Shown here in pieces: positions 31,831-32,098 of a stretch of 32,098 bases of DNA. How positions within the stretch are numbered: the stretch's first letter is position 1; each line of letters starts with the position of its first letter. The DNA lies in contig JAUCBJ010007466.1 of the NCBI GenBank assembly GCA_032718475.1, forward strand, positions 1-32,098, read 5' to 3'. Under the pieces are notes generated by a model that worked only from the letters and a program-made list of their open reading frames with translations, did not search any database and was not told the origin of the DNA. Source of the DNA: Nemertoderma westbladi (Eukaryota; Animalia; Xenacoelomorpha). Position numbers and translations under genes: made by a program.

Positions 31831-32098
31831 CTTGTATTGCAGTGTAGGTATTAAATACAGTTTAATACTGTTCTGGCGAACAGTAACAGTTTACAATCTT
31901 ATTGCAGTAGGCAATAAGGTTGCAAAATACCGTAGTGACTGGTAAAACTGAACCGGTGCTTCTGTAGGTCAGTAGGCCTAACTGTCATCACCGGTACCGG
32001 TACTGCTGTACAAGTACATTTAGTATTATTCGATTTTGATTATTGTATACCGGTAGGTCTCGATATTAAATCGGGGACGCCTGGTTTTTATTGGGATT

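Larger units (their letters stand above)
30558..32098 (+). mobile_element. BEL/Pao element D (A-related): 5' LTR and start of the leader, running off the window
   Basis: Colinear but diverged homology to the A LTR and to the A leader (1156-~1390). Interrupts the C integrase. Confidence 0.88.

Overview
Eukaryotic (probably invertebrate) repeat-dense DNA with no host gene. It is made almost entirely of four BEL/Pao LTR retrotransposon copies plus smaller repeats. Element A (+, 59-14492) has two LTRs, a 4.5-kb leader, a decayed gag-protease ORF with RT, RNase H core and integrase core deleted, and extra 3' ORFs. A spacer (14493-17902) holds a ~104-bp tandem array, an inverted pair of tRNA-like units and a foldback MITE. 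A nest follows. Element B (-, 17903-24389) is interrupted by a 5'-truncated RTE-type LINE (22245-23787) and cut off in its RT by element C (-, 24390-30557). C is cut off in its integrase by element D (+, 30558-end), a relative of A. Main finding: A and D have no tRNA primer-binding site. Instead the 11-12 nt directly after the 5' LTR are the exact reverse complement of a site inside their own LTR, and both sites co-vary between A and D. This is the geometry of Tf1-type self-primed reverse transcription, which I know from Ty3/Gypsy chromoviruses but not from BEL/Pao. B and C also carry homologous accessory 3' ORFs (triple zinc knuckle plus an unnamed motif; in B preceded by a DEDDy/WRN-like exonuclease remnant). 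All alignments and counts were done by eye; no searches were run.
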